This document shows, in pieces, positions 39,300 through 53,348 of a stretch of DNA of 64,000 bases. The notes under the pieces were generated by a model. That model searched no databases. It was not told the origin of the DNA and saw only the letters and a program-made list of their open reading frames with translations. Origin of the DNA: Geosiphon pyriformis uo1 (lineage: Eukaryota > Fungi > Glomeromycota). How positions within the stretch are numbered: the stretch's first letter is position 1; each line of letters starts with the position of its first letter. The DNA lies in NCBI GenBank assembly GCA_016748015.1, contig JAAOMT010000678.1:662389-726388 (forward strand). Reading direction: 5' to 3'. The position numbers and the translations under genes were made by a program.

Positions 39300-42200
39300 T
39301 ATTATTAAAGAATTGGTTATTTTCTATGCATCACTTGCCAATAGAATTCAGAAATTACAGATTATATTTAATTAAGTATGTACTATAAGAATGCAATAAA
39401 TTAAAGCAAGGCATATTTTTAAGTATTTATGAGCATTTATGAGTGTTTATGAAAAAAATTTCAACTAGATGTTAACTTACTAATCAATATTATATGCTTA
39501 TTTATTAGTTAAAAACAGCTAATTTCGATTCTTATTTTTTATTCATGTTTTTCATATAAATTGTGTTATAAAATATTATTTGATCTGTGAAAATTTAACT
39601 TAACCTGCTTAAATTGTTTTTATATTCTAATTATAGTATTTTATTATATTTGTAAATTAAAAATAATTGGTTTACACTAATTTAATATAAAAATTAAAAT
39701 TATGTTAATTTTAATTAAGTTATAACTAATTGGTTTATAACAAAAAGCTATAATAAATTTGTTGATCATGTAATTTCTAAGTTGATAATATTAAATAGTT
39801 TGCTTTAATTAAATAAATTTGGTATATATAATAAAGATTAATGTTAACAAACAAATATATTTATTAAAAAATTAATATTGAAACACTTTTTTATGTTTTA
39901 TTAATAGATATAACAGTTTATAATTTTTTTAATCTTCTAATTGCTAAAAATACTTTTTTTAGTTTTTTTAATGTTAATTTGTTTATAAACATTAAATCTT
40001 TGTCTATTTTAAACAGTATAAAATTATAATTTACTAATTTAAAATATAGTCTTATTGGTCTTAAAAAACAAATAAATAAGTTAACAAAAAGATTAAATAC
40101 ATTCATATCGGTTTTTTAATTTTGTACTAAATATAATCGATTAATAATCTTTTTTAAATAGAATTTAATAAGTAATATATTAATAAAAAAAAGTTTAAAC
40201 ATGTTTATAAATAACAAAATTACAGTTAATTAAGAATTTTTTAATTTAAAAAAAATAAAGTTAGGTATTAAAAATTTAACAATAATTTATCAAAATTATT
40301 GTGTTAATAACTAATCTTATTTAAAATATTTTTATATGCAATATATATAATATAAATAATTTTGCTAAGCAAATAAATATAAATAATTCGAATTTTATTG
40401 TTAATAAAATATAATCAAAAGTCGAAATAAGTCTTTAAATTGTAAACAAGTTTAAAAAAATCAAAATTTTTATTTGTAGTTTAAATTATGATTATTTAAG
40501 TTCTAAAGTTATAATTATTTTAAATAATAATTTAATAAAACATCTTGCAAAGTTTTTAAAATATAAAATAAACTTTTATTTATTTGTTTGCTATTTAGAA
40601 ATAAGTTTTTAATTACTGTTTTAAGTTTTTATGATGATGTTTTTTATTGTTAAATTAAAACAAATTGATAACATTAATACTATAATTATTAAGACTTTAA
40701 ATAGCATTTTTTGGTAATTTTAATAAAAATAGCATTAAACAAAGTGCTAATTTCAAAAAGTGTATGGATTTAAGTTTAATTAAATTTTTAATTAAAAATT
40801 TAGCAGTTAAAACTTCAACTTAAAAGAATTTAAAAAAGTAAAAAAAGTTATTAATTATATTTTTATTAATAAATTACTTGTAAATATTATAGCCAAATCA
40901 AAATTACAAAGTATAAAAAAGTTTTTTAATACTAATTACAAGTTTGTTTTTATGTTAATTATTTAAAACTATTAATATAACAGATATATTTAATAGATTA
41001 AAGAAAAACAGAAAATATAAGCTTTTATTTAAGATATTATGTATTTATTGACTAATAAAATGTTCTTTAAAACTTAGTTTTATAAATTTATAAAAAACAA
41101 AAAAAAATTCTAAATTTTTAGTTTAAACTTTTGGTATCTAAAATATAGTAATAAGTTATAAAACTTTTATATTATGGTTTTTTTTTAATAAAGTTAAATT
41201 TAAAATAGATAAGATAATAGAAAAATAGATTAAAAAATAAGTAGTATTAAATAAAATTCGTAATTTGTAATATTGTTAATATGTTTTATTAAATTATGTA
41301 AATAATAAAATATTTTTAAAGATAATAAAATGAATAAAATATGAAAAATTGGTAAATACAAATAAGAATTTGTTAAATAGCAAAACTGCTAATTTGTTTA
41401 ATATTACAAATAAATTATAAAAGCATTATAATAAGTTTATTTGAGTTTATTTTTGAATTTTTTAAATATATATCTGTTAAATAAATTAGTTTTTAAATTA
41501 TAAAAAAGTCATAATATCAATAATTTTATTATTTAGAAAAAAATTTAGTTGAAAGTAGAATATATAGGAAATTTATTAGGTTTTTGAATAAATTTATAAT
41601 AACAAAGTTAATAGAATTATAATAAACTTTGGTCTAATAAATAATTACAAAATACATAATAATTTAAATTAAAAAAAGTTTTTTAATCTTTTTTTGTGTA
41701 AAATTAAGTAACATAAAAGTTTAAGCAAATACAAAATTAATATTAAGTCTGTAATTAGAATTAGATAAATTAAGACCAAGTTTAATATAACTTCTTACTT
41801 AATACTAATTTTTTTATTATATTTTTATTAACTAAAAATTAAAAAATTTTATTAAATATTAATAATATATATATTTTTGTTGTAAAAAAAGAAAATTGTA
41901 CAAATATCTTAATATTTTTTATTAATTAAGAATTTGTTTAAAACTAATTTAAAAAAAATACATGAAAATATTAAATTTTTTGCTAATATAATTTTAAAAA
42001 AGACTAATTTAAACAAGCAATTTATTTATTAGTTTTAATGGTTTTACAACTTATAATTAAACATAAAATTCAATTTAGTTTTGTATTTAAAAATATGTAT
42101 AACCAGTGAAATTTGTTAATTAAAAAAAAATTAAAATTTAAGCCAACTTATTCGAAAATTTTTTATAAAATTATGTATTATCTTTTACTATGTTATTTGA

Positions 42201-44850
42201 AAAATTTTAATTTAAAAAAAAGATAGCTTATGTAATACTATTTTTTAAATACTAATAACATTTTTATAAATTTTAGATTAAGTGTTATAAAATTTATTTT
42301 AATATCTTGTTAAGTTATTAATTAATTTTTTGAAATATAATATTTTTTTTGACATTTTTTGTTTTAAAAATAAAATTTTAATTTTAAATGTCTTAAGTTA
42401 ATCTGTTTATTTTAAAATAATTTGGTTTCTTAAAAGATTTAATATTATTTTTACATATTAGTTGTTAAATAGTCATGATTTTTTTTAGTTAAAAGAATAA
42501 TTGTGTTAAAAAAAGTTTAATCCAAAAGGTTTTGTTTATATTTGGTTTGTTTTTATATTAGAATTTAAAAAAAAATTTACAAATAGAAATTTACTTATGT
42601 TATATAATTTGTTTTTTTAATGTTTGTTTAATTTTAACTGTTTTAAATACTTAAAACTAATTTAAAAAGAATTTGTTGAAATATAATTATAGTTTTTATA
42701 AATAAAATTATTAAAAATATGAGTTTTTTTGATGTTATTGAAAATAAATTGGCTTATTTTTCAAATTTAATTTAAATATAGAATTAAATTTGTATAGTTT
42801 AATGTTATTAATGTTAATTAAGTTATAAACAATTGTTTTAGTATTGAAATATATATTAATAAAAACTTTTTATAAAAAACTTTATAATCTTAGTTATTTA
42901 AATATAAATTATATTTGTGATAATCAAAAAAATAATTCTAATTATATTTTTTTGTATATTTTTAATTTATTACAAGAAAAGCTATTATTAACAAATGTTT
43001 TAATAGTTAAATTTTTTTAACTAGTAAGTTATTTGTATATTCATTTTTTTTAGTTGTTATATAATACTGTTATTGATAATTATGGTTTTTTAAATTAATT
43101 TTAATGTTTGTAAATATAGCCAAAACTGACTTGTGTATTGTAAATTTAGTTTATAGCTTGACTATATATTATAAAATAAATATTTATTGCTATATTTTAA
43201 TTAAAAACTAATTACAAAAAAAGATTAATTGTTAATAATAATTCAATTTTAATTAATATTTATGATTTGTTTATACGTAACTTAAGAAATTTTGTTTATA
43301 GTAAAGACTTTATTTAAGATTAATTTATTAATTTTAGTTTAAAATTGTTTGCAATTGGTTTTTAACAGTTTTTATAAATATATTCGGATTTTTGGTACTA
43401 TAAATACATAGTGTAATTTTGATTAACTTTAATAATTATTTTATTATAAATAATAAAAAAATATAATTATTAACATAATTTTTAATTTGTTATTTATCAG
43501 ATCTATATTCAAAAAACAATTTTGTTAAAGCTTTATACAAAATTTTATTAATACAATCAAATTTAAAATTACAGTTGCTAATTTTTTAATTGTTAACCGA
43601 AAATAATACAGTTGTTATTTATTTTATTTTTAGTTAATAATTTTAAATTTAATAATAAGTATCAATTATTTTTTATTCAATAAATTACAAATGAAAATAA
43701 CTTATTTTTTAAACTTATTTTAATAAATATATTTCAAAAAACAAACAAAAAACATAAAGTTGATTTTAATTTAAATATAAAAAGATATTTAAAATAATAA
43801 TTATAATTTTATAACTAAATATATTTAGATAAATCAAAAATACTACCAGATTTTTCTCAAACAGTTTTTATTTTTTAATCAAAAAAAAGTTCAAAAAACT
43901 ATTCTAATTAATAAATAAGAAATTTAAACATCTATTATAAAAGAATTGGCTAAATTATCAACAAAAATAGTTATAATATCTTAAAAAATGTTGTTATTTT
44001 GATTTTTTGACTTAATAGCTCCAATTTTTTAACTTGTAATTTTTCAATATTTGATTTTAATTTTTAAAGACTCAGATTTATTTTTAATTTTTTTACCCTC
44101 TTTATACACATATTTTTTTGAAAAATGATATTTTATTCTAAGAGTATTAACAAGTCTTTATTCATTCAAAGTTTTTTTTGTTAATTATTAGAATACTTTT
44201 TACAAATTTATCTAAGTTAATAATATGTTGAATTGTCAAGAAAAGACTAATTTTAAGACACTGTTTTGTTAAAAATTCAGCAAAATTTCCATAATAGTTG
44301 ATTATTTTTTTAAGAATTTCACATAAGATAAGCTTTTATTTAATCAATTTTTTTAAATAGTTTTGTTTAATAATTTTTCCTTAAAATTGATGTTTAATAT
44401 TGAAATCATAATTATTAGACAAAATGCGTTTTTGCTATTAAATTATATAATACTTTGATTATTGAGTAAGATTAGCATAAAAAATATATATTTAAAAATA
44501 ATGGTAATAATAAGTGCTTATATATTATTTTAAAAATAAATTGTAACATATTAGTAACAAACAATATTAAAAATTGGCTATTTAATTATTATTACTTTTT
44601 ATATGATTATATTTTTCTTAAACAATATCTAAAAAACTTATTAATTTAGTTGTTAATTTGTTTATTGATTCTTTTAATGATAATTTTAAACCAAATTCTT
44701 CAATTGAATTATTTATATATTATATTTTTATTTTTTGTCATTGATTAATTTTTTATTCTAATTAGTAATAATATAATTATATTTAAAATCAAAATTGAAC
44801 AACATATTTAGAATTCAATATTCAATTAGAAAATACCGGAAAAAATTATG
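39300..44850. repeat. Extremely AT-rich, CpG-depleted block, probably decayed transposon(s)
   Basis: Very few G/C and almost no CpG over about 5.5 kb, no credible ORFs, adjacent to the Gypsy relic. Family not identifiable by eye. Confidence 0.6.
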
Positions 44851-46290
44851 TCAACAAGATGTTTATAGAAAAAAAAAATGTTATTATAATGTCCAATCAT
44901 GATATAAATTTACAAATGTAAAAATGCAATCTGCAACTTGTCTTTTTAAAGTAAAGCACATTTAAAAATTGACATCAAATGACCATACCAGGTATTGTAA
45001 ATATAAATGTAAAGATAATTAATTTTCAATTAAAAATTTTCATTTTTCATTTTTCGTTTCAACATTAAATAAAAATAGAATTTACGCAAATACTCTCGAT
45101 CAAAGATTTTTAAATAAATAATTGTTTTTTTAATAATCAAAAATTATTTTGTTCTGTTTCGGTTCTGGTGCATGAATTCTGTAAATTTGCATTACAATAA
45201 AAGGTATAGATTATAAATTTATATTTTTTTTTAAAAAAAAATCCTTAAATTTCAATATTGGAATAATAATGTTAAATTATATTAAGGGATAAAATATAAT
45301 TTACTTGTATAAAGATAAGTTTTATATTGTTCAATATTAAAATGAATAAAAATTTTAGGTATTTTTATATGGCAATTATGTATAAAATTCTTTAGTTAAA
45401 GTTAATACATGTATAAAGGAAATTTATTATTTTTGGGAAATCTACGTTTAAAGAATATCGTGAGTTTAAATGAAAATTTAGATGAGTGGTATCCAAATCT
45501 ATTTATAGAGAACTGGTCACTTACATATATCTATAAAAAATTTTTGGTCAAAGATTTTATCGTAATTTACACGTTTTTAAACAGGTTGCAGATTATAATA
45601 TCATAAGATATAAAAGTATTATGGTTATCCACAGTATGAATTTATATATTCTTGAACAAAGACTTCGGGTGAGACAATTAAGTTTTATTCCGATTCACGA
45701 TCAATATGAATCGAAAGCTTAATTGTTTTCATTGTAATAGATTTTTTCGTTAGACGAAATAAGCTTAACTTGGGTTTCTAGAAAATCCCTAGAAATCATT
45801 TATTCTTTCTGGCTTTTCCAAAAATCTTTACATCATCAGAAAAGGTCAAACTAATCCAACCGTGATTTCCGATATATCCGATTTAGCCGTGATTTATAAA
45901 GGTAAGTGATTAATTAATTTTCTGTTGAAGCCAAGGGGTTGGCAATTAGTCATATTTGTCATATTTGTCATCATTATCTAAGCATATATATATGCACCTT
46001 GAATGGGTGCCGATTCCTCTTATTATGGTTAGGTAAAAAAAAAGATGCTAGTCTTTATCAGACATTTTTGTAAGACCCTTTCTTTTCATTCATGATTCAA
46101 AAATTCTCCTATTGGGCATTCAGAATAAGATTGAAAATTGATATTGTAAGAACATCTTCAGAAAGCCAAAAATTTGATCTGCGTGACAAGTAACTTATAT
46201 AAAAAGCAGTTCACTTATATTTTTAAGAATTTTCAATTTTCAATTTTCATAACAATTAACAATCGTAGAACATTTCTAAAATTTTCAAAA

Positions 46291-47049
46291 ATGAATGCCA
46301 ATGTCAACGACACAATATTATCAATAGATTTTCCCACAGAGGAAAATGCTTTGACACTTATAAACCAACTGGATATATTAACACTCTTCAGTCCACAAAT
46401 TCTCGAACCGAAAGAATTAATACCACCACCACGTATAACAGATAATGGTGAAATTAAACCAAAAAGACCGCAGAACGCATTTTTCATATTTCGTCAAAAT
46501 GTCATCAAGCAGGCAAAAAGTCTTGGAATAAAGAATATGCGTCTTATTAGTAAATCAGCAAGTATTCTCTGGCAGAGAGCTAGGCCTAATGAAAAAGATG
46601 TTTACAAAGAAATAGCGGTTAAAGTTTCAGCAGTACATCGAGAACGTTATCCTGGATTTCGATACACTGAAGACCGATCAAAATTAGTTTTTCGTCATTC
46701 CTCTTTACCAAACCGATCTGTTCATAATAACCATCACCATCACCATCACATTAATCATCATCAACACCACCACCGTTCAGAAGAGACCAAACTGCCGGAA
46801 TCAGGGCAAAATTGTCAAGTGAAACAAGATAAAATGCAAGTAAAAAGTCAAAAACCAGAGTTGGATGGAAAATGGGGAACTTTTTTCAGAGGATTAGAAT
46901 TAGCTCCAAATGAACCTAATTCGATAGACTTTACACAGTTGAATGAACACTCGGATTATTATACATTTGAACAATGGATGAATGCGCATGGTTGTCATAA
47001 TTTTAATCCTTATATGAACCTTTCTTCTAACGAGCATCCTGGTATATGA
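46291..47049 (+). CDS. MATA-type HMG-box transcription factor, 252 aa, intronless
   Basis: First ATG at 46291. HMG box KPKRPQNAFFIFRQ...ISKSASILWQ...YKEIAVKVSAVHRERYPGFRY, followed by a poly-His tract. Confidence 0.93.
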   Translation: MNANVNDTILSIDFPTEENALTLINQLDILTLFSPQILEPKELIPPPRITDNGEIKPKRPQNAFFIFRQNVIKQAKSLGIKNMRLISKSASILWQRARPNEKDVYKEIAVKVSAVHRERYPGFRYTEDRSKLVFRHSSLPNRSVHNNHHHHHHINHHQHHHRSEETKLPESGQNCQVKQDKMQVKSQKPELDGKWGTFFRGLELAPNEPNSIDFTQLNEHSDYYTFEQWMNAHGCHNFNPYMNLSSNEHPGI

Positions 47050-49970
47050 TGATCGCATTAAAACAAAAGTACACTCTGAAAGTTTTATCAAACTAAATTA
47101 TTTTTTGAATCTCATATCAAGAGCAAAAATATTTTCTAAAAAAAAATTTCTCTTAATAATAAATATGTATTCTGAGTGGAAAATCAAAAAGATTTTTATT
47201 AATATTGTTACAAAACAATTTATGTTGGACTCATGTTTCAAAGTCCTAAACATATTAGTTAAGTAAATCTTTAGATATTTCATGAATGAAAAATGGTTGT
47301 GACTAAAAAAGTTCGATCGATGGTTAAATGGCTTCATATTCTTCCGGTTTTCCTAGTTAGGTAAGTTTGTAAAATAGTAATTTGGTAGATCGTTGATCTA
47401 ACTTTAAATTTTTCTATATATGGATGTCTATACCTAACTGGGTAAATGAACTTGAACCAATAGTCAATCACTTGACAAAAAGTTTTGATACTTTAAAAGT
47501 TACATTGGTCATTTACGAGTGAAAAGCCTTTCTGTGGGCGTCATACAATTTCGGACAAAGTAACTTGTAATGTAATACTTGCAACCCCGATTGGAGATTC
47601 TTTATTTCAAGAAATAACAATATCTGGGATATTTGTGCGTTTTCACGATACTTGTCTTGAAGACATTGATCGAGTGAGATAAATGAGAAGTCATTATCGA
47701 GTGGCAACCTCATAAAATTAGCTTTTCGTATAAGCCATTTCATAAAGATTTAATACTAAATCCTTTAATATTCCATCTTGGGCTTCTAAATCTCGAAAAA
47801 GGGTATGCTTTGAACTAATAAATGGTGAATATAAATTGAAATAATTCTTGCGCATTTATTTTTGAATTGGCCCTTTAGCTAAAATTCGACTTTTTAAAAT
47901 TTGATAAAGATTATCAATCATGGATTAATTACAATAACAATCAAAATACTGTCATCTTTTTCACTTGACGGATAAAATGAAAATCGAGATTCCAAGAAAT
48001 GGTGATCCCCAGCCATCAAGTTCTCTCTCATCACACTATACAAATCGGGAAATGGTTAAACAATTGACTATTTTCATATCAAAAAATACAAATTCTTGTT
48101 ACCTTTATAAAAAAATTTTATCTTGACTGTTTTAACCAGGTGTGATTAGAGCAAACATAATGATCAGAATATAAGAAAAGTTCCTGGAAATCAGGTTCCT
48201 ATGTATCTTTACCTAATTTTTTTTACATATATACAAAATTTTCAAATGATGATTAGAAAAATTTTCAAAATTGAATGATTTGAAGTGAAATTACCAAAAA
48301 TCCTATATTAACTTATATTCTTACCAACCAAAAATTGGGTTTTTAAGTCATCTCTCGGTCTAAAGACTTTTTTCCTAGAATTTTTTCAATGGTTTCATTT
48401 TATTTCGATTTGAAAAAGATGAAAATTAATCTCGAAAAAACTCCTGAATTAATATTTCTCCCTTTTTGGATATTCTACCTATTAGAATTTTGGACAATTA
48501 TCATATTTCCTTAATATTATACATGTATATCAATATCTTGCTTCTTAAAATATCAAGATTTATCTATATCTTTGTTTCTCATTTTTATTAGCATATGATT
48601 TCTTATTAAATTATTTTTTAATTCATCAAAAAATTAAAAGCGGGCCAAAACCAAAAACGCAAATACACTTTTTTATATACCCCTTATCTCGGGAACAAGG
48701 TAGATTTTTATTAGCTATAAAGAGGATTTACAATTTGACTTAAAAAGATTGGGGGTTTTTTTTTTCAACCTCATTAATTAATTTTGAGAATCAAAGAAAT
48801 ACATTTTTTTAAAAAAAAGTCTGATAAGAAATTAAAATAAAAAATTAAATTAAATTAAATTAATTAATGAATCAAATTTGATTTTTATTATCCTTTATGC
48901 TAATAATTGTATTTTAGTAAAAAAAAAAAAATTAAATTAAATTAATTATTAAAACTCATAATATTAAATAAATCATTATAAAAATTCAAGTTTAATTTGA
49001 TCTAAATATATTTGATTTATTTTTTCTTAATTTTTATTTCTTTATAAAATTTTTTATTATTTTTTATAATTTTTTTTCTCAAGCTCAATATTTTTAAAGT
49101 ATTTAAATTCAAACCTTTTATTAAATATATATATCATTATTAATGTTTTATACTTAATTAAAAAATGATAATTTAAATAATCTAATAAACTTGTGTCAAA
49201 TCAGAAATTTTCTCAATTAAACCTGTAGAATTTGAATTTATAAAAAATTTAGTTAGATTTTTCGATTCTTGTAACAATGTATGTTGTCAAATATTTGTAA
49301 ATTAATCGATTTTGTTAATCGATTTTTTTTTATAGCTTTTTCTATTTATTTTTTTCATCATGTTTAAAAAAGTTTCAAAATATTTATCACTATATTTCTG
49401 TCTTTTACCCAATCAAAAAATTATTAAGTTAATTTACGGTATAACTTTATGAAAATAAATATACCAAGAGTTTACCATATGGTGAAAAAATAGTTTACAA
49501 AGGGAACAATCATAAAAGCACCTTTTTTAATTTGATTCTCTAAACAAGGGTATAAACAAAATGGCACACATCTGAATTTAAAGACGATAATGAAATATCA
49601 AAAATTTAATTGTTAAAGTATAAGGATTTTAATAACATTTTTATCAAGCATTTTCTAATATTTCAATTAAAATTTTTAATTCTTTTTGCATTTAAATCAA
49701 GATTATCGGATAAATTAAACAATGTTGGACTAAAATTTTCCAAGAAATAAAAGTAACTCATTTGCATTTGATTTTGACATGTTTGTTTTTATAACTTAAA
49801 CTTGTAATGTTTCAGATTTTTCGTATTTGCCATCTATGGGTTCAGCTCATAAAAAATATTTTATTGTTATGAAGACGTTATTTTGAATAATAGATTTGTT
49901 TCATATATATATATATATATATATTAGATACCTTTGAAAATATACGTACCGAAAGCTGGTTTTAAACAAA

Positions 49971-51405
49971 ATGTCAACCATTTTTATTGGAATGTTAAAA
50001 ATATCAAATTTAGGGTTTCCTTTTGCTTGGCTAGTTTTACTTTTTTCCTCGTTAGTTTTGACCTCATGGCTTCTTGACGTGGATGAATATGAAACAAGTC
50101 GTTCATTAAAAAATTTTGATATTCTTCATTTAAAAGAGGCTAGTTCAAAAAACCAAACTCAGATTTTCACAAAAAGAACAAATTATTTCCCGAGTAATGA
50201 ATTGAAGTTTAGTGCCCCTTTGTTTTTTAAAAAAAAGACATTGATTAGTTCAAAAAATGAAAATAAAGGAGGTGAAAAATTCTTAATTACCGATCAAAAT
50301 GATCCTGTATTAAAGGCCCTTTCAAATGCAGCAAGATTAGCTAAATTGGCATATTGCTTAAATGAAGATGAAGATGAAGTGGCACCTGGAATTCTCGGTA
50401 TCTTTTTCAAATAATTTTTGGATCCATGTATTTTACACTATTAATTTTTTATTGCCTCGATGAAATCTTGTTTCCATTTAGTTAAAGTAGAGAAAAACCT
50501 TTATGAAGGAAAAAGTGAACTCAATGTTTATTTCCTTGGTAAATGTATAAAAATTTTCTTGCGACCCGAAAATTCTTTATACCTAATTTAGATTTCCTAA
50601 CATTCATTAGGAATCGATCACAGCCATGAAGGTTGGTTATCAAAAAAGTTTGAGCTTGTGAGGCATCCAATCTTTCACACTGCGATGATTGATAAAATCT
50701 TTCTAAGCTCGTTTAATTTGGCTAGTGAGAAAATTGTAAAAAAAATAGAAGATGCATGGAACAATAATAGCCTTTATAGAATTAATTTGATCGGTCACAG
50801 TGTTGGTGGGGGTGGGTCTTTGAACTTATTTGCTCGTCTTGATGTTTTAATAATAACAGATTGAAATTACCACAGCTGAAAATGTCTCATTAAAATTTTC
50901 AGTTTATGCGGTGCTCACAGCGATTACCTGGGCTTTGAAAAAAACTGAAATGGGTATCAATGTCTTTACTTTTGGACAACCAAGAATTGGGGATTTTACT
51001 TTTGCTCAAATTATAAATCAGCAGTTGATGCAAAATACACGAATTTTTCGCGTTACTCATACCAACGATTATGTGCCACGTTTACCATTAAACAAGAAAA
51101 ATGACATGTTTCATCATGCTTTGGAAATTTGGATCTCGTCTGATTGTGATTGTGATGGAAAAGAAATGGTATACAGGTGTTATGGCCCTACAGAACTATT
51201 CCCGATGGGCTTGGGTTTAGAGAGTCAGGCAAGTAATATTTTAATCAGATTGAAAAATAAAATTTTGCTTTTAACTCTAATTTTTTTATGCCTACAAATA
51301 TCCTTTTAGAACTGTAATAATCAATACTCACCAGAGAATTTAGGTACAACCTCACACTTTGGCCCTTATTTTGGATATACAATGAGACCTAAATGCAAGC
51401 TGTAA
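49971..51405 (+). CDS. L7: class-3 lipase, triad motifs intact (GHSVG), about 368 aa
   Basis: Exons 49971-50397, 50482-50538, 50611-50811, 50903-51228, 51310-51405; last intron is GC-AG. Motifs FGQPRIG, TNDYVPRLP, CDC, SHFGPYFG. Confidence 0.9.
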
Positions 51406-52446
51406 ATAAACTAATATTTAAACTTGCTCAAAAATGTTCTAGTATTTTAAGGGTTTACTTTGTCAAAAAAATTTCTTACAAATAGAAATTCATTATCCTA
51501 AAAAATTCGGTTCAATATTATAGACATTTTTCCTTACAAAAAACCCTTATGCCCTTTGTGGTGAACAAAATTTTTTCTGATAAAAAATATTCAAAGTTGC
51601 CAACGTGGGAGTATCAGTTGAATAAAATATTAAACTAAAAAAATCTTTTGTCTTAGTTAGAAGCCTGAAATTAAGAAGAAAAGTAAAATACACAAGTTAC
51701 AGTATGATATATTCTGACTCTATTATTTTAAGGGTTGAGATTTCTTACCTTCTTTCCAGATTATTCTAAACATTTCAAAACCATGTTCATTTTAAATTCT
51801 AGTTCAAATTTTCAAAATCTCTCGTTTGGTTATTTCGAAAATTCTATTTTGTTTATCGTATCATTTAATTCCTAAAAGATTTAAATTGAAACACATAAGA
51901 ATTAATTAAAAATCTTGTCTCAATTTTTTGTCTTCTTTCCATTCTTTAAATTTTTAATGAATCAACGAAAAAACAGATAAAATTTTTTCCGACAAACTTG
52001 CGACTACCCGAATAACGTTACTCTTCAGCTAGACAGTATTTAATTCTGAGAGATTTATTTATATCAAAAATACTGATTAATTTTTACAAAACTGCTTGAT
52101 AAAACATTAAAATATGAAATTAAGAACATATAAAATTCTAATACTGTGCGTTCCCTAATATTTTAATTATTTTGAATTGAAATTTTTACAAGTTATTTAT
52201 TAATGGCTTATACAAAGTGATTACGTATTTCTCCAGGAGAAATTATTTCTAAATTAAAGAAATTATAATGAATTTTTGGTAATTTTAAGAAATATTTTTG
52301 ATAATTTTATTATTTTTTTACTTATTTTCGGCAGATTTTATGATTCTTTATAGTTTTTTCTATATCTCTTTGTAAATTGTATAATAATAATAATAATAAT
52401 AAATGTATGCTGAGTCAAGAAGCTAGTTATAAAAAAAAAAGATTTA

Positions 52447-53348
52447 CAGTCCTCCCGAAAAGTAATGGCGGGGTATTTTTTTTATACATATTAATTTCTG
52501 TTTAAATTTTAATATTTAATAGATATATAAGTAAAGAATATATATGCAAAAAATTAATATTTAGTATGTCCTCCTTTTACACTAATACAATCTTGAATTC
52601 GATTTTGCATACTAGTAATACAGTTAAGAATGGCCTCATTAGACAGATTATTCCATTCTTCTTCTACTATTGTAATAAAAATCGCTTGAGAGATATTTTT
52701 TTTGTGTGCTATTATTGCTTTGACTTTTTTCTCAACATTTCGTTTAAGAATAGCCCANNNNNNNNNNNNNNNNNNNNNNNNNNNNNNNNNNNNNNNNNNN
52801 NNNNNNNNNNNNNNNNNNNNNNNNNNNNNNNNNNNNNNNNNNNNNNNNNNNNNNNNNNNNNNNNNNNNNNNNTATTTCAATCTCAGGATATGTTTTTGCA
52901 AGTTGTGCCTTGATTTCAATTGCTGTAGTAAAGTGATTTCGATTTACAATTTTTCCAATCTGGCGACGTATTTTTGGTAAAGTTTTTCGTGGACGACCTG
53001 AACGATGAATTGCTCGAATTTGACCATTTTTACGAAGTTGTCCTATATATCGTTCACAAGAGCGAAGAGGAACATTAGTTTTTCGAGATATTTCGGTTGG
53101 ACTTCGATAACCTTGTTGCCAAAATCTCTTAACGACTTCACGATTGAATTTTACAGGATTATATTTCATTACAAGAAATAAAACTCGTTATTGATCAAAA
53201 CAATTTTGTTTTAAAAAATAAAAATAGTAGCATTGAATGTATGCGCGTACAAATTATTACTTAAAATGTCTTAACAATAGCTGATCGGAACCATAATAAG
53301 AATTACGCGCCGCAAGAGTTACCCCGCCATTACTTTTCGGGGGTACTG
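52447..53348 (-). mobile_element. Young Tc1/mariner transposon with 29-bp TIRs and TA duplication; internal assembly gap
   Basis: TA|CAGTCCTCCCGAAAAGTAATGGCGGGGTA ... TACCCCGCCATTACTTTTCGGGGGTACTG|TA (2 mismatches). 115 Ns at 52758-52872. Confidence 0.95.
52554..53169 (-). CDS. Tc1-like transposase (catalytic core falls in the gap)
   Basis: N-terminal HTH with RSGRPRK; C-terminus WAILKR...EEW...SMQNRIQDCISVKGGHTKY, typical of Tc1. Confidence 0.88.

Noticed and set aside
46174-46290. N-terminal extension of the HMG ORF
   Set aside because: Starts at TTG; the first ATG is at 46291 and the extension looks like AT-rich UTR.
47513-47743. 76-aa ORF in a GC-richer patch
   Set aside because: No motif and no supportable exon structure on either strand.
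45000-48000. Mucorales-type sex locus around the HMG gene
   Set aside because: No triose-phosphate transporter, RNA helicase or homeodomain genes seen in the flanks.
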